Of a DNA stretch of 64,000 bases, positions 39,249-48,434 are shown piece after piece. This stretch comes from Escherichia phage phiE142. Where the stretch lies: the sequence record NC_055709.1. The stretch is one strand, 5' to 3'. Both the position numbers and the translations under genes were made by a program. Positions within the stretch are counted from its first letter, which is position 1. Every line of letters begins with the position of its first letter. The notes beneath the pieces are model-generated. The model was given only the letters and a program-made list of their open reading frames with translations. It had not been told where the DNA came from and did not search any database.

Positions 39249-39830
39249 TTATAACAACCCTGTCAAATCATTCCAATGCTTCCGGCATAATGACACGTAT
39301 CTATCGGTATCACCAATTTCAATTTGACTGCCATCTGTAATTGGAAGTCCGTCTTCCGTGACTCTAGCTACCATTGTGGCCTTTTTACCACAATGACAGA
39401 CACCTTTAAGTTCAACAAGCTTATCGGCAATAGCCATTAATGCTTGAGAACCTTCAAATAGATTACCTTTAAAATCTGTTCGTAGTCCGTATGCCATTAC
39501 CGGCACATTGTATACGTCAACAATACGACTAAGTTGATACACCTTTTCAGTAGTTAAGAACTGAGCTTCGTCAACAAATACACAGTGAATATCCTTTTGT
39601 GCTGCAGCCCATTTATAAAATTCAAAGATATCCATGTCTTTTGTAATTATATTGGCATCCTGACGAATACCAATACGAGAGACTATTTCACCTTTTGAAT
39701 CGCGAGTATCAATAGCCGGTTTAAGAACTAATACACCCATGCCACGTTCTTTATAGTTATGTGCGGCAGTAAGTAATGAAGCAGACTTACCAGCGTTCAT
39801 AGCGGCATAGGTAAAAATTAAACTAGCCAT
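39249..39830 (-). CDS. tk: thymidine kinase
   Basis: P-loop MNAGKSASL, C-terminal Zn-binding Cys pairs; 193 aa. Confidence 0.9.
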   Translation of the reverse strand: MASLIFTYAAMNAGKSASLLTAAHNYKERGMGVLVLKPAIDTRDSKGEIVSRIGIRQDANIITKDMDIFEFYKWAAAQKDIHCVFVDEAQFLTTEKVYQLSRIVDVYNVPVMAYGLRTDFKGNLFEGSQALMAIADKLVELKGVCHCGKKATMVARVTEDGLPITDGSQIEIGDTDRYVSLCRKHWNDLTGLL

Positions 39831-39839
39831 AAGAGTCCC

Positions 39840-40022
39840 TTATAGTGAATTCACGTAGTCAATGAGTTCTTGTTCTTTCCTGTCAAATGATTCCATCAAT
39901 GCTTGATATTCTTCGTCTGTTAAAGGAGCATATTCATCGTACGCATTGGTGGCTGCTTGCTCATCCAATAGGTCATGGATAAGTTCGAACAGTTTAGTTT
40001 TCTCTTCTTTAGTCAATTTCAT
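39840..40022 (-). CDS. hypothetical acidic protein, 60 aa
   Basis: track ORF, ATG verified. Confidence 0.35.
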   Translation of the reverse strand: MKLTKEEKTKLFELIHDLLDEQAATNAYDEYAPLTDEEYQALMESFDRKEQELIDYVNSL

Positions 40023-40225
40023 TTAGGTTCACCTTCTTTAACGAAATCTGGGTAAGGGTAAAATCCTGAGTAAAACCCTTCACCTTTATGATTGCTACAA
40101 CCTTTGTTCGAACAGTAACACCAATAATCAAAATCACAAGCCATTTCGTCATTGCATAAAGCAAAAACTACAGGCCATTCGCATTTTTCGCATTTAGCAC
40201 CTGTAAGAATTTTTGTTTGGCTCAT
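40019..40225 (-). CDS. hypothetical Cys-rich small protein
   Basis: trimmed to ATG at 40225. Confidence 0.35.
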   Translation of the reverse strand: MSQTKILTGAKCEKCEWPVVFALCNDEMACDFDYWCYCSNKGCSNHKGEGFYSGFYPYPDFVKEGEPK

Positions 40226-40434
40226 AACCATTTGACCTGCATGCAATATTCTTCGACATGCTTTTTACGACCTTTCTTATCAATAAAGGTATATTCCATA
40301 AAGCGTCCATGATAACGACGTTCAACATCGTGAGGGGTGTTAATAGGACACTTAGTCTGACGAATTTCTTCCCATTCACGAATAATAACTGCTTTATTCT
40401 TTGGGTCATACGGGTGAGGATAATGCACATTCAT
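40222..40434 (-). CDS. hypothetical protein
   Basis: trimmed to ATG at 40434; competing overlapping frame 40194-40430 rejected. Confidence 0.35.
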   Translation of the reverse strand: MNVHYPHPYDPKNKAVIIREWEEIRQTKCPINTPHDVERRYHGRFMEYTFIDKKGRKKHVEEYCMQVKWL

Positions 40435-40898
40435 AACAATGGTTCCCAATCAACAATCACAATTTCTAGTTTAGTGGAATATGTATCAAGAATTTCTTCA
40501 ATGATATCCCAGTTTCCACCACCTATACCTGCTCCAATTCTTGGCATGTAAATCACAGGCTTTGTTATCTTATTTTTTCCGAATTCATTTAATTCTATTA
40601 TACAATTCATTAAAGCAGAGTACTCAAAATTAGGTCCCGGCTCAAACTGAGTATAAAGATTAAAGCAATAAGCTTTATGAGTCTTAAAATATTTTTCATA
40701 AACCGAATAAGTCCCAAGTTTAGACTCGTCTCCGAATTCAGTTTGAAGTTTATCGGCTTCCAGAATTTTTGGATAAGCCTTTGCCAATTGACCTGCTACA
40801 CCGGCGCCCATTGTATGAAAACAATTGCACCCATGAGCAATATTATTACCTTTAGAAAACAGGGCGACAATATCGCCCTTGATATAGTTTTTAATCAC
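40431..40898 (-). CDS. macrodomain protein (ADP-ribose binding/hydrolase fold)
   Basis: HGCNCFHTMGAGVAGQ and PRIGAGIGGGNW motifs; GTG start. Confidence 0.65.
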   Translation of the reverse strand: MIKNYIKGDIVALFSKGNNIAHGCNCFHTMGAGVAGQLAKAYPKILEADKLQTEFGDESKLGTYSVYEKYFKTHKAYCFNLYTQFEPGPNFEYSALMNCIIELNEFGKNKITKPVIYMPRIGAGIGGGNWDIIEEILDTYSTKLEIVIVDWEPLL

Positions 40899-41238
40899 TT
40901 GCTACAAGTCCTCTAGTATAAGAGTCAACTAGACGGTCCACCATAGAATTGCATGCTGCCTTATCTTTAGGTTCCGCCACCGAGCATTCTAATATTTGCC
41001 ATTTTTTATGATATCGTTTAATTAAGGTAGACGCCTTGAACCTACTAGACGCCCCATCTTTTTCTCCGTCTTTATACGCATATAACAATTTTTGTGAAAA
41101 ATCTACTTTACACTCTTGACTTTTACCACAGTAATCAGACGCCGTTCTGTTTGTATACTCCGTTACATCAGTATATGTAGTATTAGCAAGAGCGTTAAAT
41201 GAAACCAAGCTAACTATTAAAGCCAACATTTTGGTCAT
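40891..41238 (-). CDS. secreted Cys-containing protein, 115 aa
   Basis: N-terminal signal peptide; ATG verified. Confidence 0.45.
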   Translation of the reverse strand: MTKMLALIVSLVSFNALANTTYTDVTEYTNRTASDYCGKSQECKVDFSQKLLYAYKDGEKDGASSRFKASTLIKRYHKKWQILECSVAEPKDKAACNSMVDRLVDSYTRGLVASD

Positions 41239-41777
41239 TCTTTTATTTCCAGTAGTTTATTTGATTTAAGGTAATTAGCCTTTTCTAGGACTTCAGAAGC
41301 ATATTTACTTCCAGCACTTGTCTTCCATCCCGCATTATATGAGGATATAGCTTTTCTTATATCCCCGTTATGTATATTTAACCAATAAGAAAATTCGATA
41401 TAAGCCCATCTGGCTGAATTAGACCGCTTAGATAGCATTTTCTTAATTTGGGCATCAGTCATATTATAACCAAGCTGGTTAATTCTTGCCCTCATTGTTG
41501 GTAGATAGTTTTGGAACATTCCATACGCATGGTGACCTTTCTTATCTTTAAGATTAATACCGGCAGATGATTCTTGCCATAGTATTGCGGCCATTATGTA
41601 TCCAAGTCCTTTCTTATGCATATTTTCATGCGTTTTAAATTTTCCGTCCTTAGAAAACTGTTCCCCAAACTGATAAGCATAATTTAAGTTATCGAGTTGG
41701 ACATTACTAAAAGTATGCTCGGAGCTATGTGCTGATAATGAAAGAGCAAATAGACCAGCGAGTAGTGCTTTTCTCAT
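41235..41777 (-). CDS. periplasmic lytic-transglycosylase-like protein
   Basis: signal peptide; LWQESSAG catalytic-Glu-like motif. Confidence 0.5.
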   Translation of the reverse strand: MRKALLAGLFALSLSAHSSEHTFSNVQLDNLNYAYQFGEQFSKDGKFKTHENMHKKGLGYIMAAILWQESSAGINLKDKKGHHAYGMFQNYLPTMRARINQLGYNMTDAQIKKMLSKRSNSARWAYIEFSYWLNIHNGDIRKAISSYNAGWKTSAGSKYASEVLEKANYLKSNKLLEIKE

Positions 41778-41785
41778 GTTTACCT

Positions 41786-42244
41786 CTAGATTTTAATCAC
41801 TGCTTTAGAAGCTTTTCCTGGTAGTCGTTTACTGTTAATAATAGCCATTCTACATTGAAGAGTCTTCATTTTGAATGCCGGATTTTCACGACAAACTGTA
41901 AGGCCTAACCAAAGATTTCCATCAGTTATTTCTAAACGGCCTGGGCGGTATTCGACACCTTCGACAAAATCTTCGTCAACATCTGGACGTGCAGGCATTG
42001 ATAAAAATTCTGCAACTTCTTTAACGTGATTTTTTACTTTACGAAATAATTCAAAAACGTAATTCTCATCTATTTCTCTCTGGATGGCACGATCTAAGAG
42101 ATGTTGAGAATACTTGATATGAAAGCCTGGTAGTCCAAGAGACTCTGCAGCATCTTTTATACCGGCATTGATTTGACGAAACTCCGTTTCAAAGATTCGA
42201 CGGAGTTTATTGCGACGGATAAAAACTTCCGAATTGATAGTCAT
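41786..42244 (-). CDS. regB: RegB endoribonuclease
   Basis: MTINSEVFIRRNKLRR...HLLDRAIQREIDE...RLEITDGNLWLG as in T4 RegB. Confidence 0.9.
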   Translation of the reverse strand: MTINSEVFIRRNKLRRIFETEFRQINAGIKDAAESLGLPGFHIKYSQHLLDRAIQREIDENYVFELFRKVKNHVKEVAEFLSMPARPDVDEDFVEGVEYRPGRLEITDGNLWLGLTVCRENPAFKMKTLQCRMAIINSKRLPGKASKAVIKI

Positions 42245-42251
42245 TTTTATT

Positions 42252-42301
42252 TCTCCTCTAGTTGACAGGTCTATAGTAACACAACTAGAGGAGAAGTAAA
42301 C
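42252..42301 (-). promoter_or_regulatory. PeSL cassette upstream of regB (13-bp perfect inverted repeat CTCCTCTAGTTG/CAACTAGAGGAG)
   Basis: GTTTAC -35 plus TGTTACTAT -10 in loop. Confidence 0.6.
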
Positions 42302-42305
42302 TACT

Positions 42306-42521
42306 TTATTGATAAAATGGAGTTAAAGCCCAAGATTCTTTAGATACTATATTAGCGAAATGCCTCATCTCTTCGATTTGGCGACGACGCTGGTCAGCAT
42401 AATCTTCTTCGCCTTCTTCCTTACAATCTTCAAGGTCTTCTTCAAGATACTTTAAGTATTCACTACAAATTTTGTTAACCTTTTCTTGGAAGTCCAACAA
42501 CCCAGTAATAGTAGAAGCCAT
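42306..42521 (-). CDS. hypothetical acidic protein, 71 aa
   Basis: track ORF, ATG verified. Confidence 0.35.
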   Translation of the reverse strand: MASTITGLLDFQEKVNKICSEYLKYLEEDLEDCKEEGEEDYADQRRRQIEEMRHFANIVSKESWALTPFYQ

Positions 42522-42787
42522 TAGTATTTTTCCTCAGGACGAAATACTGCACGACAGGCCCACATGCTGGCTTCTTTTAGATGTTGCTTAGCGTACTTAA
42601 GAGCCTGCACTGCATCCATATCTTCTTTGGTTTGATGCTCTGTTTCATTTTCTTTCAAGATATAGGCTTCTTCAATCAGAGCATCAAACATCAATCCAAG
42701 ACGGACTTCTGCATCTTTAATAGCGTTCACTTTACCTATTTTATCGTCGGTATGTGGCTTGTAGCCTTTAATATCTTCAATCGACAT
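42521..42787 (-). CDS. hypothetical protein
   Basis: internal ATG with GAGGA SD; longer track ORF overlaps neighbour. Confidence 0.3.
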   Translation of the reverse strand: MSIEDIKGYKPHTDDKIGKVNAIKDAEVRLGLMFDALIEEAYILKENETEHQTKEDMDAVQALKYAKQHLKEASMWACRAVFRPEEKY

Positions 42788-43001
42788 AAGGAATTTCCTC
42801 ATCGGTGGCAAGGTCATATTCGACCAATTGGATAGGCTCATTAATACCATATCCACGTACAATGATATCAGTTGTCGGATAGTTTCCAGTAATATCACCC
42901 ATTCTAAATGCTTCAGTGAATGATTGCTCGCCTGAGCAACTAAACCAGGCGGCAAAACATTTTAAAACATCTTCAGACCCTTCTATAATCAATTTAGCCA
43001 T
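42777..43001 (-). CDS. hypothetical protein, 74 aa
   Basis: track ORF, ATG verified. Confidence 0.35.
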   Translation of the reverse strand: MAKLIIEGSEDVLKCFAAWFSCSGEQSFTEAFRMGDITGNYPTTDIIVRGYGINEPIQLVEYDLATDEEIPYVD

Positions 43002-43363
43002 TATAGACTCTCAGTAAAGGTACGAGCGATAACGTCGCGCTGCTGTTCCGGAGTCAGAGAGTTAAAGCGAACTGCATAACCGGATACACGGATGGTCAGC
43101 TGCGGATATTTTTCCGGATGCTTAACTGCATCTTCCAGAGTTTCACGACGCAGAACGTTAACGTTCAGGTGTTGACCACCTTCAATTTTAACTTTAGGTT
43201 GATGTTCAATTTCAATTTCACGGGCATTCAAACCGTAGAAAATTTCCGGGTCTACAATAGCGTCTTCTTTAAAAGTCTTAGAGACAATAATCCGGGCTTG
43301 AGTACCGTCTTCAAAATAAATAGTGCCTTTGTGTGTGCCTTCAAGAATTTGATATGCTTTCAT
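43001..43363 (-). CDS. GrcA/YfiD-like autonomous glycyl radical cofactor
   Basis: C-terminal [11 protein letters not shown]...[11 protein letters not shown] glycyl-radical motif; 120 aa. Confidence 0.75.
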   Translation of the reverse strand: MKAYQILEGTHKGTIYFEDGTQARIIVSKTFKEDAIVDPEIFYGLNAREIEIEHQPKVKIEGGQHLNVNVLRRETLEDAVKHPEKYPQLTIRVSGYAVRFNSLTPEQQRDVIARTFTESL

Positions 43364-43369
43364 ATAACC

Positions 43370-43678
43370 TCAATTAGAAAATAAATTTATCCAAGTTTTT
43401 TCTTTAATCAAAAATGGGACGGAATTAAACGCCATTAAACTTTGAGTGATTAATCCCTTAAATGGCCCATCAATAAATTCCATTTTGAAATGTGGAATAC
43501 TAGTCATCAACCGTGCATTAGGAGCAGTACAAAGAACCTGCTGCCCTGCGAACGGACCTTTAGTCAAACGATATCGTTTAGGTTTAAAATGGTAAATCTC
43601 GTAATTTTCTACAAGAGCCCTTTTATTGCATACTGGGCTGTTATAACAATACTCAAAAACTTCAATAGTGGTCATCAT
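43370..43678 (-). CDS. hypothetical Cys-rich protein
   Basis: trimmed to ATG at 43678 (ATGA overlap with upstream gene). Confidence 0.35.
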   Translation of the reverse strand: MMTTIEVFEYCYNSPVCNKRALVENYEIYHFKPKRYRLTKGPFAGQQVLCTAPNARLMTSIPHFKMEFIDGPFKGLITQSLMAFNSVPFLIKEKTWINLFSN

Positions 43679-44214
43679 TGCATTCCAATCACAAAAAATT
43701 GAGGACGAGCAATACCACCGATGCAATATTTGCTTTTGCAACAGTGTTGGACTGTTTTAATATGTATGTCGTAAATCTTATCCATATCAGGAGCTTTAAT
43801 AGGCTCGTCAATTATATACAGAATACGAGAAAGCGTTAATCCACGGAATTTAGAACCTTCATTGCCAATAAAACTACGAACAGAATCAGTAAATAAACGG
43901 AATCGAATATCATCGCTAGAATAACGAGAAAATTCTTTTTTAATGTTGCCAACAGAAATTTTAGCATAAGCTGAAGTATTAGAAAGAACAATAACTGTTC
44001 CACCATCATACAGCCAATTAACAGCAAAATTAGTTACTGCGGTCGATTTACCTGATTGTCTGCCGCCGTCTAAACGAAGTGTACAGTACTGCTTGAGTAC
44101 GTCTTCAAATAGTGGGGCATAACCGTTCTTACAAATTTCTTCTACTCTAGCATCAGAATGGTGTGTAAAAGCATTCATCAGGGATAGATAAGGTCCAGTT
44201 AAAAACGTTCTCAT
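43675..44214 (-). CDS. P-loop NTPase-like protein, 179 aa
   Basis: GGRQSGKST Walker A-like motif. Confidence 0.45.
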   Translation of the reverse strand: MRTFLTGPYLSLMNAFTHHSDARVEEICKNGYAPLFEDVLKQYCTLRLDGGRQSGKSTAVTNFAVNWLYDGGTVIVLSNTSAYAKISVGNIKKEFSRYSSDDIRFRLFTDSVRSFIGNEGSKFRGLTLSRILYIIDEPIKAPDMDKIYDIHIKTVQHCCKSKYCIGGIARPQFFVIGMQ

Positions 44215-44372
44215 ATTATTTCTCTTAAGGTTTGGGCCGTTCCGTGGCGCATGAATTGTCCATTTCTGTATTTACCCATTACCGCACTTGGGCTCGACCT
44301 TATTACAGGTTGGCGGGAATCCCTCATAGAATCATGAGGTCCAGGTTGTTCTTATTTTATTTGAATGTAAAT

Positions 44373-44390
44373 AGGCCTAAGTATAGGCCT
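44373..44390 (-). promoter_or_regulatory. AGGCCT-AAGTAT-AGGCCT hairpin just downstream of IPIII-like gene
   Basis: palindromic 6-bp stem adjacent to stop codon. Confidence 0.35.
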
Positions 44391-44392
44391 TA

Positions 44393-44971
44393 TTAATTAC
44401 CACGGGCTGCATTAGCAACGGCGTAAGCATACTGAATATTAGCGTCTTTAAACGTACCTTTAGAGGTATCTATTTCCGCCTTAAAGCCGCCTTTAGCCAT
44501 AACATCGGCAAATTCTTTACGGAAAGCCATTGCATCAAGACCTTTCCATGATGATTTATGCTTGGCAAATTCAAGACCAGCGTAGTTGACAGCTTTAGCC
44601 AATTTATTATCAATGACCCATTTACCTGCTTTAGGCACAAACTTCGGGCCTTTTTGTTTAGAGAACAGTTTTAAATTCCAGCGACGAAGGTCACTGTCGG
44701 CTTTAACAAAAGCTGCGTCTAAGTTACTAGCAACGACATCTTCAATATGAGCAAATTTAAGTCCGTCAACTTCAATATTTAGATCGTTACGCCAGCGTAG
44801 TCCTTCCCAAGCGAAGGCTTTAAAATCAGAAGCTTTTGTGGCTAGATATCGTTCAAGTGGAGCAGTTTTAGGGTCAAAACCATTTCCGCCACGATAATTC
44901 CACTCGTCCTTATTAATGCCTTGGACTTTTCCTGCAAAGGCCTCGGCGATAAATTCTTTATATGTTTTCAT
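44393..44971 (-). CDS. internal (injected) head protein, IPIII-like, with capsid-targeting sequence
   Basis: N-terminus MKTYKEFIAEA; Lys/Ala-rich; early promoter upstream. Confidence 0.7.
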   Translation of the reverse strand: MKTYKEFIAEAFAGKVQGINKDEWNYRGGNGFDPKTAPLERYLATKASDFKAFAWEGLRWRNDLNIEVDGLKFAHIEDVVASNLDAAFVKADSDLRRWNLKLFSKQKGPKFVPKAGKWVIDNKLAKAVNYAGLEFAKHKSSWKGLDAMAFRKEFADVMAKGGFKAEIDTSKGTFKDANIQYAYAVANAARGN

Positions 44972-44999
44972 TTTTGTTTCCTTGTTTGTTTTGATAGAG

Positions 45000-45031
45000 T
45001 AATTATACCATATTAATACTTAAGCGTAAAC
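45000..45031 (-). promoter_or_regulatory. early promoter for IPIII-like gene (GTTTAC, 18-nt spacer, TATAAT)
   Basis: consensus hexamers with correct spacing. Confidence 0.55.
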
Positions 45032-45034
45032 AAT

Positions 45035-45295
45035 TTAAGCTTTACCGCCAGAAATAATTCCGAAGTTGTTAAAATCGTATCCAATATCGTCAGCATCTAC
45101 TTTAGGACTTGCTACAACATAAGCAATTTCACGACGTTTTGCATAGGTGTTTATTTCTTTACCGTTGCCACCTAAGAAAGAATACCCATTACGTTTTAAT
45201 GAGCCAAAGTCTTCGGCATCACCAACGAAAGCTTTAACTTTAAATTTGGGGTCTTTGGCATCCGCTTCAGTGATAAATTCTTGATACATTTTCAT
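45035..45295 (-). CDS. internal head protein, IPII-like, with capsid-targeting sequence
   Basis: N-terminus MKMYQEFITEA. Confidence 0.65.
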   Translation of the reverse strand: MKMYQEFITEADAKDPKFKVKAFVGDAEDFGSLKRNGYSFLGGNGKEINTYAKRREIAYVVASPKVDADDIGYDFNNFGIISGGKA

Positions 45296-45301
45296 TTTTC
45301 C

Positions 45302-45715
45302 TTAGTAAATTGATTTACCATAGTATTTGTACCAAGTGGGACGTTGAGCAATTTTTTCATCTAAGCGTGCTTGACTTATCGCAATGGACGCTTCGGACGG
45401 GACATAATTATTACGAAATTCTACAGGAATGTCGGAAATATCCTGGACTGTCGTGTCCTTGATTTTGAAACCACGTTTCAAACATTCAGCTATTAGCTCG
45501 ATTTGACGTAAACGTAAAAATTCGAGTTTGTCGTAAAAGAATGTTACGTGGCCCGTGCCTAAAATAAATGTTGGAGAGATTTTAAAATCTTTTACACGTT
45601 TACCATTTTGAACATGTTTACGGACTGCACCGAATACACGAGGTAATTCACGATACTCAGCCATAAGATGTTGGTCGGTCAGTTCAGAAACAAGTGTTAA
45701 ATTGATACGAGTCAT
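45302..45715 (-). CDS. denV: DenV endonuclease V (pyrimidine-dimer DNA glycosylase)
   Basis: [35 protein letters not shown] as in T4 DenV; start trimmed to M5. Confidence 0.9.
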   Translation of the reverse strand: MTRINLTLVSELTDQHLMAEYRELPRVFGAVRKHVQNGKRVKDFKISPTFILGTGHVTFFYDKLEFLRLRQIELIAECLKRGFKIKDTTVQDISDIPVEFRNNYVPSEASIAISQARLDEKIAQRPTWYKYYGKSIY

Positions 45716-45720
45716 AATTT

Positions 45721-45772
45721 CCTCCAAGTAGTTGATAGATGTATAGTATCAAAACCCTTGGAGGAAGTAAAC
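45721..45772 (-). promoter_or_regulatory. PeSL cassette upstream of denV (CCTCCAAG/CTTGGAGG arms)
   Basis: GTTTAC + TATACAT-type -10 in loop. Confidence 0.55.
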
Positions 45773-45773
45773 A

Positions 45774-46055
45774 CTATTTTTCTGAAGCGCCTGAAATATA
45801 TTTTTCAAGACGTTGTTTCATTAACGAGCCGTTCTTAGCGATTTCTTCCGGTTTATCGCACATACGCAGCAGTGCTTCAAGCTTAACGATATCACTGGTG
45901 CGCTCAAATTTGCGAGTATCTATCTTACTGGCAAGTTCAGAAATACGTGCTAATAGACTTTCAGCTTCAACTAAAGCTGCACCTAGCTTAGTTGCAAATG
46001 TGTCAGTAGCTTCATTAAGAATAGATTCTGATAAAAATTCATTATATGTTTTCAT
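45774..46055 (-). CDS. internal-protein-like small protein with capsid-targeting sequence
   Basis: N-terminus [11 protein letters not shown] after trimming to ATG at 46055. Confidence 0.5.
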   Translation of the reverse strand: MKTYNEFLSESILNEATDTFATKLGAALVEAESLLARISELASKIDTRKFERTSDIVKLEALLRMCDKPEEIAKNGSLMKQRLEKYISGASEK

Positions 46056-46540
46056 ATATACGCTTTCCAAGTTCCTGTTTTAAATGTTGAGATTACGCGT
46101 TTCGCGCGATTAGGCGTCTGACGATACCATTTAGATTGGGCTAGATTTACTGCCGCTTCATCCCAACGTTTCTGTTGAAGCATACGAAGAGAATTAGTAA
46201 AACCGGCGACGCCTGATACGCCCATTTGGAAGACCATATTGACCAATGCACATCGACGAACCGCATCTAAAGAATCATATACCGGTTTAAGTTTAGCATT
46301 ACCCAAGATTCCGCGAATGGCTTTATCGACGTCTTCATTAAATAACTTTTCAGCCTCATCAAGGGTAATTGTACCGTTGCATTTACGACCGATCATCCTG
46401 TCAAGTTCAGCTTTAGCTACGGCTAAAGACGGGTTCTTTGTTACTAAATGGCCTATGCCAATCGTCCAAAAGCCTTCGGTGTCTTTGTATAAAGTCAGTC
46501 TAAGACCTTCGTCATTACGAAGCATTTCAAATATATTCAT
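46052..46540 (-). CDS. e: e lysozyme (endolysin, T4L family)
   Basis: [23 protein letters not shown]...catalytic E11/D20/T26 context; 162 aa. Confidence 0.95.
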   Translation of the reverse strand: MNIFEMLRNDEGLRLTLYKDTEGFWTIGIGHLVTKNPSLAVAKAELDRMIGRKCNGTITLDEAEKLFNEDVDKAIRGILGNAKLKPVYDSLDAVRRCALVNMVFQMGVSGVAGFTNSLRMLQQKRWDEAAVNLAQSKWYRQTPNRAKRVISTFKTGTWKAYI

Positions 46541-46574
46541 AATACCTCCTACGTTTATAGGAGGTATTTATTAC

Positions 46575-47033
46575 TTATAGGATGGTAGTGAGCACCTTAT
46601 ATAATGATTTGCCCATTACATATTCCCATTGAGAAGGTTTAATTAAAGCGAATGCATCAAATTCAGGAATCTGTCGTCCGTCTGGGAATGTATGATAGGA
46701 ATTACAAACACTGTTTCTGAATTGCTCGTGCTCTACAGGGATGGTATATTGGAATAGATGAATATTCTTATTGTCTGAGTAATGATGTTCGCCTAGGTCT
46801 TTCAGGAAGGCAGGGTCATATTGTGTAAACCCAGTTTCTTCTTCGCATTCACGAATAGCGGCTTCAATAGGAGATTCACCTGGCTCGACACGGCCTTTAG
46901 GAATATCCCACCGATGAGCTAATGCACCTTTAGGACGAGAACCAGTTACACGGCCCATGAATAACTCTTTATCTTTTGTCATGAAGATAATACCGGCTGA
47001 TAGTTCTTTCACTTTATTTTTCTTACTCATCAT
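46575..47033 (-). CDS. nudE: NudE Nudix hydrolase
   Basis: Nudix box GRVEPGESPIEAAIRECEEETG. Confidence 0.8.
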   Translation of the reverse strand: MMSKKNKVKELSAGIIFMTKDKELFMGRVTGSRPKGALAHRWDIPKGRVEPGESPIEAAIRECEEETGFTQYDPAFLKDLGEHHYSDNKNIHLFQYTIPVEHEQFRNSVCNSYHTFPDGRQIPEFDAFALIKPSQWEYVMGKSLYKVLTTIL

Positions 47034-47274
47034 CTCGGTCCCATGATTTGGCCATTAATTCGGACATAAATTCTTCAATGCGCGTTTCTTTAGATGGACT
47101 TTCACTATTAGAAACCGCAAGTTTGTAATCTGCAATAGGACAGAACATATCAAGGTCCATATTAAGATCGTCTTTGATTTTTTCTTCTGACACATCTTTA
47201 TCATATGTGTACAGATAACTATCACATGATTCTGATTTAATGTAAATTGCTATACTCATCTCAAATTCCTGCAT
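47023..47274 (-). CDS. hypothetical acidic protein, 83 aa
   Basis: track ORF, ATG verified. Confidence 0.35.
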   Translation of the reverse strand: MQEFEMSIAIYIKSESCDSYLYTYDKDVSEEKIKDDLNMDLDMFCPIADYKLAVSNSESPSKETRIEEFMSELMAKSWDRDDE

Positions 47275-47747
47275 TCGGTAATAAAACGTTCAACTTCATT
47301 ATTCTTGGCCTTTATCTTGTCTTTACGTTCCTGTAAACTACTTTTAACAAGATTAATAATGATGCCTATAGTACCTCCACCAATAATACCACCAATAATA
47401 CTTACGATAGTAGATGCTAATAATATAGCGATAATATCTGGTATGGCAAAGGCACTTACTTTAGTACTAAAAAACCATACCGACGGTACAAATATAATCC
47501 ATCCTGTTATCCATTGGCACTTATTGAAAAACTTTTCAAGCTCAGCTTGAGTTGTTCTTATTACTTCATCGATAGGTTGATATCCATTAATGTATCTGTT
47601 CACGATAATACCTGCTGGCTGGTCGATTTTAAATTCTTGGCAAATACGTTTCACTAAGTAGGATGGACATCCTGTCCAATCTACTGAGTAGTACGAAATA
47701 CCTTCATTACCGTCGTCTATATTAGACCAATATGTTTTGTTAATCAT
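47256..47747 (-). CDS. membrane protein, 163 aa
   Basis: TM helices with Gly-rich segment. Confidence 0.4.
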   Translation of the reverse strand: MINKTYWSNIDDGNEGISYYSVDWTGCPSYLVKRICQEFKIDQPAGIIVNRYINGYQPIDEVIRTTQAELEKFFNKCQWITGWIIFVPSVWFFSTKVSAFAIPDIIAILLASTIVSIIGGIIGGGTIGIIINLVKSSLQERKDKIKAKNNEVERFITECRNLR

Positions 47748-48433
47748 TACCAGCCTTCCATAGGGAATTCCAGATAAACTTGAGCATTGACACGAATTTC
47801 ATTGGTAATCTTTTTAACTCGGTCTGTATTACGAGATACACGTCCGAACCAACGCCATCCATTACTAATTGCACGAGATCCAGTGTGCCATGTTTGCCAA
47901 TCAAACTGAAGAAGAGTACGGTCTGGAGCTTCCCATTTCTCTAGTTCACCTTTTTCAATTTTTTCGAGGACTTCTTTGTGCCACTGGCGATAGATAAGTT
48001 CGCCATCAGGAATCTGACTGAACTCTGCAGTTCCTGTTGCAAAATGAGTAGGACACACGTCAGCGTTAACAAGGCCAAGAATATGTTCAGACAAATAGCG
48101 AGGATTGTCATAGTCAGGTTGTCCTGCAGTAATAAAATGTTGACCAACTGGAATATCCGGGCGTGGTACATCGTCATGGTGATAACCTGGGATAGCAGGG
48201 TACCAACCAGGCATCAGCATGTGGACTCGTGAATCAAATACTACATCCGAGCCTTTCCAATCGTCAGGGAGATTTTGGATAAAGCTACGAGTAATTGGAC
48301 CGCCATTATTAAAAGCAAAATTCAAATCGCAGTTAAAGAACATAGGCTCGTTTTTAATCTGGTCATTTTTAATCTCATGAGCAAAACCACCTACTGCACG
48401 AGCTTGACTATTAAACACTTTAGAACTATTCAT
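47747..48433 (-). CDS. 2OG-Fe(II) oxygenase-like protein
   Basis: candidate H-x-D (GYHHDD) ... H ... R-x-S arrangement; by-eye only. Confidence 0.4.
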   Translation of the reverse strand: MNSSKVFNSQARAVGGFAHEIKNDQIKNEPMFFNCDLNFAFNNGGPITRSFIQNLPDDWKGSDVVFDSRVHMLMPGWYPAIPGYHHDDVPRPDIPVGQHFITAGQPDYDNPRYLSEHILGLVNADVCPTHFATGTAEFSQIPDGELIYRQWHKEVLEKIEKGELEKWEAPDRTLLQFDWQTWHTGSRAISNGWRWFGRVSRNTDRVKKITNEIRVNAQVYLEFPMEGW

Positions 48434-48434
48434 A

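Noticed and set aside
40194-40430. Alternative 78-aa ORF overlapping 40222-40434 in another frame
   Set aside because: Hydrophobic low-complexity translation, no SD, and it overlaps the better-supported frame
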